Notes under the pieces: generated by a model
Told to the model about the DNA's origin: nothing
What the model saw: the letters and a program-made list of their open reading frames with translations, nothing else
Database searches by the model: none
Made by a program: the position numbers and the translations under genes
Shown here: piece after piece, positions 38,358 through 46,735 of the stretch
How positions within the stretch are numbered: position 1 is the stretch's first letter
Layout: each line of letters begins with the position of its first letter
Source of the DNA: Candidatus Woesearchaeota archaeon
Lineage (GTDB): Archaea; Nanobdellota; Nanobdellia; Woesearchaeales; GW2011-AR9
Length of the DNA stretch: 64,000 nucleotides
NCBI GenBank assembly: GCA_016188115.1
Contig: JACPIK010000002.1
Span: forward strand, 1,395,771-1,459,770
Direction of reading: 5' to 3'

Positions 38358-38540
38358 GACGCCAGTGTCGCATAACTCGGAAGCAGCAAACTGCTGAGGA
38401 ATATTGCGCAGGTCTTGAAAGAACTATCCAACATAACCTGTCCCTCTGGGATTGTCGGTTCAAAACAACCTTTTAGAAAAAAGCTTGACCAAAACAAGCC
38501 TAACTGGTTATGAAAGTCCGGCCACTGGCGCTCATTTTCT
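38358..38540 (+). ncRNA. candidate ~180-nt structured ncRNA, identity unresolved
   Basis: TATA-like 'ttttataaa' (38327-35) about 25 bp upstream. 'cgccagtg' (38360-67) is complementary to 'cactggcg' (38523-30). Oligo-T run at 38535. Internal hairpin 'agcagcaaactgct'. Local GC is above the surroundings. Confidence 0.35.
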
Positions 38541-38578
38541 TAATTTCTACGCAAGAGTTATAAATACGCCCCCTCCCG

Positions 38579-38800
38579 GTGATTAAAATGTCTCAATACA
38601 TTGAGCTCAATGACTTCCTAAAGATCAACAATGTTGCATCAACAGGAGGACAAGTGAAAATCATCATCCGCTCTGGCGTTGTTAAACTCAATGGTGTTAT
38701 TGAAACGCAAAATCGCAAAAAACTCGTTGTTGGCGATAAAATTACAGTTGAGAACAAAATATTCATCGTCGACCAAAGTGTCGTACGAGAACACCCATAG
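38579..38800 (+). CDS. S4-domain RNA-binding protein
   Basis: 'IIRSGVVKLNGVIETQNRKKLVVGDKITV' is the S4 fold signature. Confidence 0.55.
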   Translation: MIKMSQYIELNDFLKINNVASTGGQVKIIIRSGVVKLNGVIETQNRKKLVVGDKITVENKIFIVDQSVVREHP

Positions 38801-38809
38801 GTAATCAAA

Positions 38810-39349
38810 ATGACATTAATCAAAACCAAAGGACATGAATTTAATCTATCTCCAATTCGCGATTCGTATGATCGTCGTGCTATCCAATTTAAAAACAGTA
38901 TTATTGCTGCACTCAAAAAAATCGGCGTTACCGAAAACGATGTTGACATAGACGTGCAACCTAATGCTCGAATGGCAGGTCAAGCATCTGCCCGTTGGTA
39001 TGCTGAAGGATATTTAATGCAATATAGTCATCAATCTCAACCAAAATACGCTGAAAATCTCGCCGTTGTGCTCAAAGTTATTGAAAAAGAAGTAGCTCTT
39101 CTTCTAGAAGGTGTTAAACCATTTGAAGATTTCATTTCTACATTCACCGAGAAAAAAGACATTGATAAAACCCGCAAAGAAGCGCGTGAAGTTTTAGGCG
39201 TTGAACCAAACTGCATTGACTTTGAGATTATTACTAAAAAATACAAAGCTCTTGCTAAACAGTATCACCCCGATGCCCCTACGGGAGACACTGAAATGTT
39301 TAAGAAAATTAGTAATGCGTTTAATGCGCTTAAACGAGAATTGCAATAA
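38810..39349 (+). CDS. J-domain protein
   Basis: C-terminal 'DFEIITKKYKALAKQYHPDAPTGDTEMFKKISNAFNALK' with an HPD tripeptide. Confidence 0.65.
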   Translation: MTLIKTKGHEFNLSPIRDSYDRRAIQFKNSIIAALKKIGVTENDVDIDVQPNARMAGQASARWYAEGYLMQYSHQSQPKYAENLAVVLKVIEKEVALLLEGVKPFEDFISTFTEKKDIDKTRKEAREVLGVEPNCIDFEIITKKYKALAKQYHPDAPTGDTEMFKKISNAFNALKRELQ

Positions 39350-39366
39350 ATTTGTAAGCGAAGACA

Positions 39367-39975
39367 ATGGCATTTTTAGACCATTCAGGACAGATAAAAA
39401 CATATACTGAAACAAAGCTTAAATTATTGCTTTTTAGTCATCCTGTAATAAAATTTATATTTTTTATAATCTTAAATTATGTTCTTACTCTTGTTTCTAA
39501 ATATTTTCCCAGTAATTTTTTCCTAAGAACACTCACCACTATCGTAAACATCGGCATTGCCATCTACTTTGTTTTAGCTATAATCTACATCCTTCATCGA
39601 AAATGGAAACATCTTATGAGCCCCAAGAACGTGTTCTCTTTATTGTGGGCGTATGTCTTTTTTGTTATTGTTATAATCCTCGTTTTTTCAACAATTTTTA
39701 GTGTTATAGAATTAACCGGATTGGGTTATCTCAAATATGGAAGTTGCTCAGACCAATTTGATACCTTACTGGTTGATCAAGACCCTCTTGCCTCACACGA
39801 TTTTTTCTATTTTTCTGCAGTGACCTATTTCACTGTAGGTTACGGCGATATCTGCCCCATGGGTCTAATGAAATTTGCTGCCATCTTTGATGCACTGGTT
39901 GGACATCTCGTTTCTGTGATTATTGTGGCATTAATCATCAATAATTATTTACGTAGCAGAGAAGACCAGAAATAA
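39367..39975 (+). CDS. two-TM potassium channel
   Basis: Selectivity filter 'TVGYGD', flanked by a pore helix and TM segments. Confidence 0.7.
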   Translation: MAFLDHSGQIKTYTETKLKLLLFSHPVIKFIFFIILNYVLTLVSKYFPSNFFLRTLTTIVNIGIAIYFVLAIIYILHRKWKHLMSPKNVFSLLWAYVFFVIVIILVFSTIFSVIELTGLGYLKYGSCSDQFDTLLVDQDPLASHDFFYFSAVTYFTVGYGDICPMGLMKFAAIFDALVGHLVSVIIVALIINNYLRSREDQK

Positions 39976-39990
39976 TATTATCTACTAAAA

Positions 39991-40365
39991 TCAAACTTTT
40001 TCTTTTTTTGAATCTCGTTTCTCTTTTACTCTTCCTTTAATCTTTTGTATCCTTGCACCCACAGCCCGATGAAACTGCTTTGTTTTTTCAACCGCTTTTT
40101 GAGTTCCTTTTTTGACTGATTCTTGATAAAATTGATATGACACATATCGTCGCACTGCATCACTATATTCTTTTCCAACCCACCAAACACCTAAAAACAA
40201 TAGCGGCCAACTTACAAAGTAAATTATCAAAGAAGCGTAGCGAAGTGCTACATCATCAAAATGGAGAAAAAAGAGAAACGTAGTGACCTTTCCAATAATA
40301 AAGCTCAAAATAATCAGAAAAATTCCTAAGTAGAACTTAACCGAAAAACGATATTGTCTGATCAT
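39991..40365 (-). CDS. small membrane protein
   Basis: Three hydrophobic helices and a basic C-terminus. Confidence 0.35.
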   Translation of the reverse strand: MIRQYRFSVKFYLGIFLIILSFIIGKVTTFLFFLHFDDVALRYASLIIYFVSWPLLFLGVWWVGKEYSDAVRRYVSYQFYQESVKKGTQKAVEKTKQFHRAVGARIQKIKGRVKEKRDSKKEKV

Positions 40366-40646
40366 TCGAGTAGATCATGCACACTCACAACGGCGCTGCG
40401 CACTTTATCTCCTTTATTACAATAAGGGCAACTAGGAGTATAAGATTTAAACTTGTAGTGGCAACGGTCGCAATTATAGCTAATTTTGCCTTCTGCTTGT
40501 TTTTGGGCACTGCGTTCTTGAGTTTTTTTGTGGCAACCATAACACACATATTTCTTTTCTTTACCTGGAAGAAGTAATGCTGATGCTGGTTCAACCATAG
40601 TGCCACACATAGAACATTCAATTGGAACTCGTAAGATACCTGTCAT
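40362..40646 (-). CDS. zinc-ribbon protein
   Basis: 'CSMCG...CYGCH...CDRCH...CPYC'. Confidence 0.4.
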   Translation of the reverse strand: MTGILRVPIECSMCGTMVEPASALLLPGKEKKYVCYGCHKKTQERSAQKQAEGKISYNCDRCHYKFKSYTPSCPYCNKGDKVRSAVVSVHDLLE

Positions 40647-40743
40647 AAAATTTTGGCACCAACACTACTATAAAAATCTTGTGTATAAATTTATTTTATG
40701 CTCGCTAAACTTTATATACGCGGGGTCTTTTTTACCCTATACC

Positions 40744-41997
40744 GTGGATACAAAATCTATATTAAAGAACATACAACCTACTACCTCACAGCGTAAACTC
40801 TTCTATGAAACTGCATCCATTGTTTGTGATAAAATAAACGCCGTTAGTCCCTCTGCTCATGCCAGATTAGGGGGAAGTGGTGCGAAAGATACTTGGCTTG
40901 CAACCAGCGCAGATATTGACATCTTTGTAGCGTTTCCCTACGAACAATATCATGAAAAATCAGCAGTTCTCTCAGACTTAGTAGAAAAGTCCCTTCATAA
41001 ATCATTTCCTGATATCCCTATCCAACGTCTCCATGGTAGTCGTGACTATTTTCAATTTCAATATCACCATTACCTGATTGAAGTTGTTCCCATTATAGAA
41101 ATCACTAAAGCATCTCAAGCCTGTAACATCACAGATGTATCGCCCCTGCATGTAGCATGGGTTAAAGATCAGGGTAAAAATCTTGTTGATGATATTCGTC
41201 TTGCCAAACAGTTCTGCAAAGCGCAACGAGTCTATGGCGCAGAATCTTATATTGGGGGTGTAAGTGGTTATGTTGTTGAGATCCTCGTCATTCATTATGG
41301 TTCATTCGAAAAATTTGTTCAAGCTGTCACCAAATGGAAAGAGGGACAAGTAATTGATCCCACTCAATTCTACGCCAAGGGTATGGCGCGATTTAATCTA
41401 AACTCTTCCAAAATGCGTTGTCCTCTCATTGTAATTGATCCAGTAGATAAGAATCGTAATGCTGCCGCAGCGCTCAACATGTCACGTTGGCAGCGTTTAA
41501 AAGTGGCAGCAACTAAATATCTCAAAAATCCAGATACTTCATTCTTTACTCTATTTCCTTTCTCAGTTGATTCTCTCAAAATCAAAGCAGGAAAAAATAA
41601 ACTGCTTTGTTTCCATGTGATTCCGTTAGAAGGTAAAATTGATGTAGTTGGCGCAAAAATGATGAAAACGCATGAATATATTGCGCAACATCTTGAACCA
41701 TTTGGGATCGTTGAAACCGATTGGGAATGGTCTAATGGGAAGAATGCATTATTTTATTTTATTCTCAAAAAAAATAAACAACCTGCAACTCAACGTATCC
41801 AAGGTCCACCTACACACATGAAAGAAGCAGCTACCGCATTTTGCGCTAAACATAAAGAGAATGTAGAAGAAGATGGCAAACTTGTTGCTCACATTGCAGT
41901 TCGTTATCCTCTTCTTGAAGATCAAATCAAAGTACTTCTCGAAAGTGCATATGTTGCTTCGCGTATTAACGGCGTTGAAGATTTGAAGATAGTCTAG
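40744..41997 (+). CDS. cca: class I (archaeal) CCA-adding tRNA nucleotidyltransferase
   Basis: 'LGGSGAKDTWLATSADIDIFVAF' is the pol-beta NT motif. GTG start chosen at 40744, since the ATG at 40600 would overlap the convergent zinc-ribbon gene. Confidence 0.75.
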   Translation: MDTKSILKNIQPTTSQRKLFYETASIVCDKINAVSPSAHARLGGSGAKDTWLATSADIDIFVAFPYEQYHEKSAVLSDLVEKSLHKSFPDIPIQRLHGSRDYFQFQYHHYLIEVVPIIEITKASQACNITDVSPLHVAWVKDQGKNLVDDIRLAKQFCKAQRVYGAESYIGGVSGYVVEILVIHYGSFEKFVQAVTKWKEGQVIDPTQFYAKGMARFNLNSSKMRCPLIVIDPVDKNRNAAAALNMSRWQRLKVAATKYLKNPDTSFFTLFPFSVDSLKIKAGKNKLLCFHVIPLEGKIDVVGAKMMKTHEYIAQHLEPFGIVETDWEWSNGKNALFYFILKKNKQPATQRIQGPPTHMKEAATAFCAKHKENVEEDGKLVAHIAVRYPLLEDQIKVLLESAYVASRINGVEDLKIV

Positions 41998-42661
41998 TTA
42001 ATGTAGTCAACTTAGTAGATGCTCTTTTCCATTTTCGCTTTGCTTTGCGCGTTACCACTCCACGCTTTTCATTTAATTCTGCTAAAGAATCAACCGTAAC
42101 AAAATGTTTAAACAAACGTGTTTTGGAAAGAACTCGGGCAATTCGTGCGAAAATACGTGTTCCTCGTCCTGCCTTAGTTGCAGCTTCAACAATCTTTTCC
42201 TCTCGTGCAACCAAAGCTATCTCTTTTCGCGCCTCGAGTCCTTCATGTAGTAAGTCCTGACCTAATATTACTCCTCGTGTTGCCTGAATTCCTCCAAACA
42301 AAAATCCAATACCTCGAAACATAAGCCCTAGCGGTAAAACTGCCAAAATATCCAGCCAGTAATTTTTAAAGAAATAGGCAGTGCTCTTGGCACGAATAGC
42401 AAGAAAAATAAGATCAATGACAAAAATAGCAATAATAATCCCATCGATGATCTCAACGGCAAAATTAAGAGTATGATTTTCAATATGAAAGAAAACTTCA
42501 TAGATAATAATTGCTGCAAGTACAACAATAGCATAAGGAATAAGTTTTGCGTTTTTCTGTTCTACTTTCTCCCAAAATGGATTCATAGTATGTAATATCT
42601 CTTTTCCTCTATTTAAATCCAATTTACCTCTCCCAAGTGAAAGCCAAAAGTATAAAAGCAA
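41966..42661 (-). CDS. ion-channel-like membrane protein
   Basis: Several TM helices followed by a basic cytoplasmic tail. The true start is probably internal ('MNPFWEKV'). Confidence 0.4.
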   Translation of the reverse strand: MLLYFWLSLGRGKLDLNRGKEILHTMNPFWEKVEQKNAKLIPYAIVVLAAIIIYEVFFHIENHTLNFAVEIIDGIIIAIFVIDLIFLAIRAKSTAYFFKNYWLDILAVLPLGLMFRGIGFLFGGIQATRGVILGQDLLHEGLEARKEIALVAREEKIVEAATKAGRGTRIFARIARVLSKTRLFKHFVTVDSLAELNEKRGVVTRKAKRKWKRASTKLTTLTRLSSNLQRR

Positions 42662-43077
42662 CCTCCTCTCTCCATTTTTCTATGTCGATGCCTATTAAAG
42701 CAAAATGTCGCGTGTGTGGTCAATTTGCTCCACCAGAACAATTTAAACTTCATTTTGAATTACGGCAAATGGTCTGTCCTAACTGTTTTAGTGGCAAAAA
42801 GAAACCTGCCGATGAAGCTAAAGAGAAAGAAGAAGCGCAAAAGAAAATGCCTCCTGGGTGGGATAAAGAGGACGAGTATCTCGAAAAAATGGCAGCGAAG
42901 AAAAAGGAAAGTCCTACTCTTAATGCATATACTCGTGTTCCTGGCGCAGATCATTACATGTGCCGCTGCCCTGTCTGTAAATATCAATTTAAGTATGATC
43001 CTGTCAAGAAAATTCCTGCTCGCTGTCCGTATTGTGGCGCAGACTTGCCTGCATTTAAGTCGTTTAGTTTGATGTAG
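42637..43077 (+). CDS. double zinc-ribbon protein
   Basis: 'CRVCGQ...CPNCF' and 'CRCPVCKY...CPYCGADL'. Confidence 0.45.
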   Translation: MKAKSIKATSSLHFSMSMPIKAKCRVCGQFAPPEQFKLHFELRQMVCPNCFSGKKKPADEAKEKEEAQKKMPPGWDKEDEYLEKMAAKKKESPTLNAYTRVPGADHYMCRCPVCKYQFKYDPVKKIPARCPYCGADLPAFKSFSLM

Positions 43078-43136
43078 GTTTTAAATTTATTTTTCTTAAT
43101 AGAATCTTTTTAATTAGATCTCTTTTTTTAGTTATC

Positions 43137-43820
43137 ATGAACGCTTCTCAATATTTAGACTTCGTTCGTAAACAACGTACTACTCCCGCTAGAAATGAAA
43201 GAGCCTATACTGGTTCTATTTTTGACGAATTAGAAAATTATTTTGCATACAACCCTCATGCGCGATGGCTTGAATTAGGTTGTGGTTCGTACACGCAGGC
43301 ACACCGGCGGGCAGAGGAAAATATGTGTGCTCCTCATGATGTAGAATCCTTGGTAAAACGAGGATGGACTGATGTAACTGGAGTAGATTTAGTTCCCCTT
43401 GGAAAAAGAGCAACTGGGTGGAGATTTATTGAGGGAGACTTATTAGAGGAGGAAACGTGGGAGGAAATTGGGCTAGGATATGATATTGTAAGCACGACAC
43501 ATCTAATTAGTTTCAATAGGCAAAAGACAGTGAGTCCAGGATTTAGACCTAGGGGTATGGATGTATTCTCAAACGAATTTCTCCCAGAAAGATTGTTAGA
43601 TAGCTCCCATTATTTTTCGGGGGTAGATTATTTGTTACAAAAAATCTTTGGTGCTTTAAACAATGGTGGTTTAGTAAGAATTAATTCGGAACATCTGTTG
43701 AGAAAAATAGGGGCGTATTTTGTGCCAGAAGAAGGGTTTAGTTTATCAGGCAATGAGGGGATTGATTTGAGATATTTGTGTGCAAAACCGTGGACGGTTC
43801 CATGGTTGGTACTTCCCTAG
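43137..43820 (+). CDS. SAM-dependent methyltransferase
   Basis: Motif I 'WLELGCGSY'. Higher GC than the neighbours. Confidence 0.5.
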   Translation: MNASQYLDFVRKQRTTPARNERAYTGSIFDELENYFAYNPHARWLELGCGSYTQAHRRAEENMCAPHDVESLVKRGWTDVTGVDLVPLGKRATGWRFIEGDLLEEETWEEIGLGYDIVSTTHLISFNRQKTVSPGFRPRGMDVFSNEFLPERLLDSSHYFSGVDYLLQKIFGALNNGGLVRINSEHLLRKIGAYFVPEEGFSLSGNEGIDLRYLCAKPWTVPWLVLP

Positions 43821-43828
43821 ATTTTTTT

Positions 43829-45574
43829 CTACTCCCTTAACTCTGCCACATTTTGCATCGATACCATCCGAGCAAACGCGCCTTTCTTTTTTAATAACTC
43901 TGCATACGTTCCTTTCTCAACAATCCTGCCAGCATCCATAACGATAATCATATCGGCATGTCTAATAGTGGATAATCGGTGGGCAATGATAATCGTTGTC
44001 TTCTTTCCAGCAATAGAAAAGATCGATTTCTGAATGGCTCTCTCCGACTCCGAATCAAGTGAGGATGTTGCCTCATCAAAAATATAAATCTCTGGATTTT
44101 TCAACAATGCGCGAGCAATCGACACGCGTTGTTTTTGACCACCAGACAAACGAATCCCTTTCTCTCCAACAACAGTATCATAACCTTTGGGAAATCCTGC
44201 AATAAATTCATGAGCATGAGCTTTCTTAGCAGCTGCAATAACCTCTTTAAGCGACGCAGTAGGTTTAGCAAATGCAATATTTTCTTGAATGGTTTTATTA
44301 AAAATTTCTACATTTTGTGAAACTATCGCGATATTTTTTTTATACTCTTCAATAGAAAGATTTCGCAAATCTGTATCATCAATTTTAATTGCGCCCTTTG
44401 TCACATCATAATGTCGTAATAACAATCGCACTAAGGTAGTCTTACCTGATCCTGATCGACCGACTAATGCGACAACCTGCTTAGGTTTAATCATTAAAGA
44501 AATATCATGAAGAACTTGCTCTCCTTCAGCATACGAGAAAGATACTTTATCAAAATGAACTTGACCTTCCACACGTGTCACTTGTTGTGCTTTCGTGACA
44601 TTTGCAATCGCCGGTTTTTGTTCATAAATTCCTACTAATCTATCAATAGATTCGACTGCATCTTCTAAATAATTATACAATCGACCAATACGAAATGTGG
44701 AGAGAAATGCTCTCTCTGTAAGAGTATATACTAACACTACTGTTCCTGTACTAATGCTTCCCTTTAAAACCATCCACATGGCAACTCCTAAAGTTGCCCC
44801 GCGACCGAAAGTAATAATCATATCCCTTCCAAAAAGATATCTCTGTGAATGGACTTGACGTTTAATCCCATTATCAAAATAGCTATCTAATAATTTGTTA
44901 AATGTTGAGAGCTGACGATGTTCTTGTCCATAATCTTTCACCGTGGTAATATTAAACAGACTTTCTCCTAATTCTCCCGTCGCATCCTCAAAGTCACGGT
45001 GATACTGCTTTCGAAACGGTTGTACTTTTTGCGACGCATAAATCGTAATAAAAATTAAAATGGGTGTAAACACCATAAAAATTAATCCAATTTCCCACTT
45101 AACATAAAAAAGCAATAGTACCGTTAAAAACATCTGCATGAGTGTAGGAATAAACTCATTAAACGTAAACCACACTAATTCCGAGAGTTTCTGGCTTCCT
45201 TTGACAATTTTTGATACCTGCGAGCCCGTATTATATTGTTCATGAAACCCAAGATGTAGTTCCAATAGCTTTTTCTTAATACGTTTAAGAATCAGTGTTT
45301 CATATGTTAATCCCCATTCCCACTCTGCATTCTTGGCAAAATAATCAATGACTCCTAAAATAATATAAGAGGTCACTATACCACTAAAAAATAAGATCAA
45401 TCTGCTTGTATCTGTAGCATCTGTTGTAAGATGATCCACAATTTCTCGAAGAAAAATAACCGGAACAAATTTTACTGACTCATAGAAAAATGCAATACTA
45501 AACCCTTTGAGAATTCCTGTCTTGATTTCCGGAACAATCGTAAAGATCTTTTCTAAAACATGTCTCTCACGCAT
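43829..45574 (-). CDS. ABC exporter, fused permease and ATPase (MsbA-like)
   Basis: Six TM segments at the N-terminus. Walker A 'GRSGSGKTT', signature 'LSGGQKQRVSIARALL', Walker B 'IYIFDEATS'. Confidence 0.85.
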   Translation of the reverse strand: MRERHVLEKIFTIVPEIKTGILKGFSIAFFYESVKFVPVIFLREIVDHLTTDATDTSRLILFFSGIVTSYIILGVIDYFAKNAEWEWGLTYETLILKRIKKKLLELHLGFHEQYNTGSQVSKIVKGSQKLSELVWFTFNEFIPTLMQMFLTVLLLFYVKWEIGLIFMVFTPILIFITIYASQKVQPFRKQYHRDFEDATGELGESLFNITTVKDYGQEHRQLSTFNKLLDSYFDNGIKRQVHSQRYLFGRDMIITFGRGATLGVAMWMVLKGSISTGTVVLVYTLTERAFLSTFRIGRLYNYLEDAVESIDRLVGIYEQKPAIANVTKAQQVTRVEGQVHFDKVSFSYAEGEQVLHDISLMIKPKQVVALVGRSGSGKTTLVRLLLRHYDVTKGAIKIDDTDLRNLSIEEYKKNIAIVSQNVEIFNKTIQENIAFAKPTASLKEVIAAAKKAHAHEFIAGFPKGYDTVVGEKGIRLSGGQKQRVSIARALLKNPEIYIFDEATSSLDSESERAIQKSIFSIAGKKTTIIIAHRLSTIRHADMIIVMDAGRIVEKGTYAELLKKKGAFARMVSMQNVAELRE

Positions 45575-45642
45575 ACAAGAAAGATTTCCTTTTAATTTAT
45601 ATAATTATAGAAAGACATAATCTATTGCTCATGGAAGAAAAG

Positions 45643-45799
45643 CGCCCCCGCGCGGATTTGAACCGCGGTTCCAAGCTTTTTGTATCAAGAAACTCTAAAC
45701 ATGAGTTTTCTTACACCGCAAGCTCGTGTCCTATTTGCTTCAACTTTTGATCAAACTTTTAGCTTGCCTAAAAGGTTGTCCAAGCTAGACTACGAGGGC
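45643..45799 (-). tRNA. tRNA-Arg (anticodon GCG) with two introns: one in the D-loop and one canonical 37/38 intron
   Basis: Minus-strand read. Acceptor GCCCTCG pairs with CGGGGGC. D-stem GTCT/GGAC. Anticodon arm CGAGC-TTGCGG|A-GCTTG. T-arm CGCGG-TTCAAAT-CCGCG, discriminator G. Removing about 45 nt (plus 45735-45779) and 38 nt (plus 45678-45715) gives a ~74-nt cloverleaf. The 37/38 intron contains a helix AAGAAAC/GTTTCTT. Confidence 0.7.
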
Positions 45800-45865
45800 A
45801 ATAGGTAAGCAAAACCTGCCTTTCTTTAAAAAGGTTATGAGAAGATATAGTTTGTCCAAAAAGAT

Positions 45866-46645
45866 TTACTTTCGAATCTCGGCCCCACCGCTTGGCACAA
45901 AGCTCATAATCTCATCTAAATCTGTCAGCCCTAATTTATTCTTAATTTTTTTTCCAGTATCACTTTTCTTCTCTTTACCTGAAACCAAAACTACATACTT
46001 GTCTGTTTTTGCGGCAACTGCTTGCACCGGACCGCCAACAACCTGTCCCTCTACATTACCTATCGCATACTCCATTTTAGGATGGTAAAATTCACGCTTT
46101 CCATAGATCATAAAGCTTCCTTTACTCATATATTCTCCGGGTTTTGCCTCTTTACTTACCTGATCAGGTTTAACACTAAACACCTCTGCAGCACCTAATC
46201 CTAATTTCCACGCTTTCGAGAAAACGGCAACCGCTTGCGCTGTCTCTTGAATTGTCTTCTCGCCTGCCTGTTGTCCATTCTTAACTACAAAAAATGGAGA
46301 TCCTGGTGCTTCCGTATGAAGTACTATGTCTTCTTTATCAAGATGTTTCTTAATGATAATCTCATTAGTGGTTGCATCCTTACCACCAATACACAAAAAA
46401 TTCTCTGAAGAAAAAAACCAATGAAATTTCTCATACCATTCTTTCTTGCGCACAACTTTGGATTGTTTTTTCTCTTCTTCTGCAAAGAATTTCGCTTCTT
46501 CAGTTCGTAATTTCTCCAATTTTTTCTGCGTATCTAGGATGATTGCTTGTGCGCCTAAAATCTTCTTCTTTGATTTTTTCGCGAGATCAAAATAAATTCC
46601 TGCATTTTCATCTACAGATTTCTGCAGGTCGAATTCCATTTGCAT
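45866..46645 (-). CDS. stand-alone NFACT-R (DUF814) domain protein (Rqc2/FbpA C-terminal-like)
   Basis: 'FSSENFLCIGGKDATTNEIIIKKHLDKEDIVLHTEAPGSPFFVV' is the DUF814 signature. No NFACT-N domain is encoded upstream. Confidence 0.55.
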   Translation of the reverse strand: MQMEFDLQKSVDENAGIYFDLAKKSKKKILGAQAIILDTQKKLEKLRTEEAKFFAEEEKKQSKVVRKKEWYEKFHWFFSSENFLCIGGKDATTNEIIIKKHLDKEDIVLHTEAPGSPFFVVKNGQQAGEKTIQETAQAVAVFSKAWKLGLGAAEVFSVKPDQVSKEAKPGEYMSKGSFMIYGKREFYHPKMEYAIGNVEGQVVGGPVQAVAAKTDKYVVLVSGKEKKSDTGKKIKNKLGLTDLDEIMSFVPSGGAEIRK

Positions 46646-46735
46646 ACACTACTAAAAGAGAAAAGAGGTTAAAAATGTTTAGTTAGTTAACTAATATCTC
46701 ACTATTAAAGTTACCATAAAACTCTCACAATTCTT

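Noticed and set aside
38512-38523. 'GAAAGTCCGG' match to RNase P RNA conserved region I, and 'GGAAGCAGC' (38379-38387) match to SRP RNA helix 8
   Set aside because: In RNase P RNA, CR-I lies near the 5' end, but here the motif sits at the 3' end of the candidate transcript. The element is only ~180 nt and is bounded downstream by a real S4-domain gene. The SRP-like motif lacks the expected GNAR-tetraloop context. The region is reported as an unassigned structured RNA instead.
40600-40743. ATG-initiated 5' extension of the CCA-adding enzyme
   Set aside because: It would overlap the convergent zinc-ribbon gene by ~45 bp. It encodes a hydrophobic, non-conserved leader. An in-frame GTG at 40744 starts exactly where CCA-enzyme homology begins.
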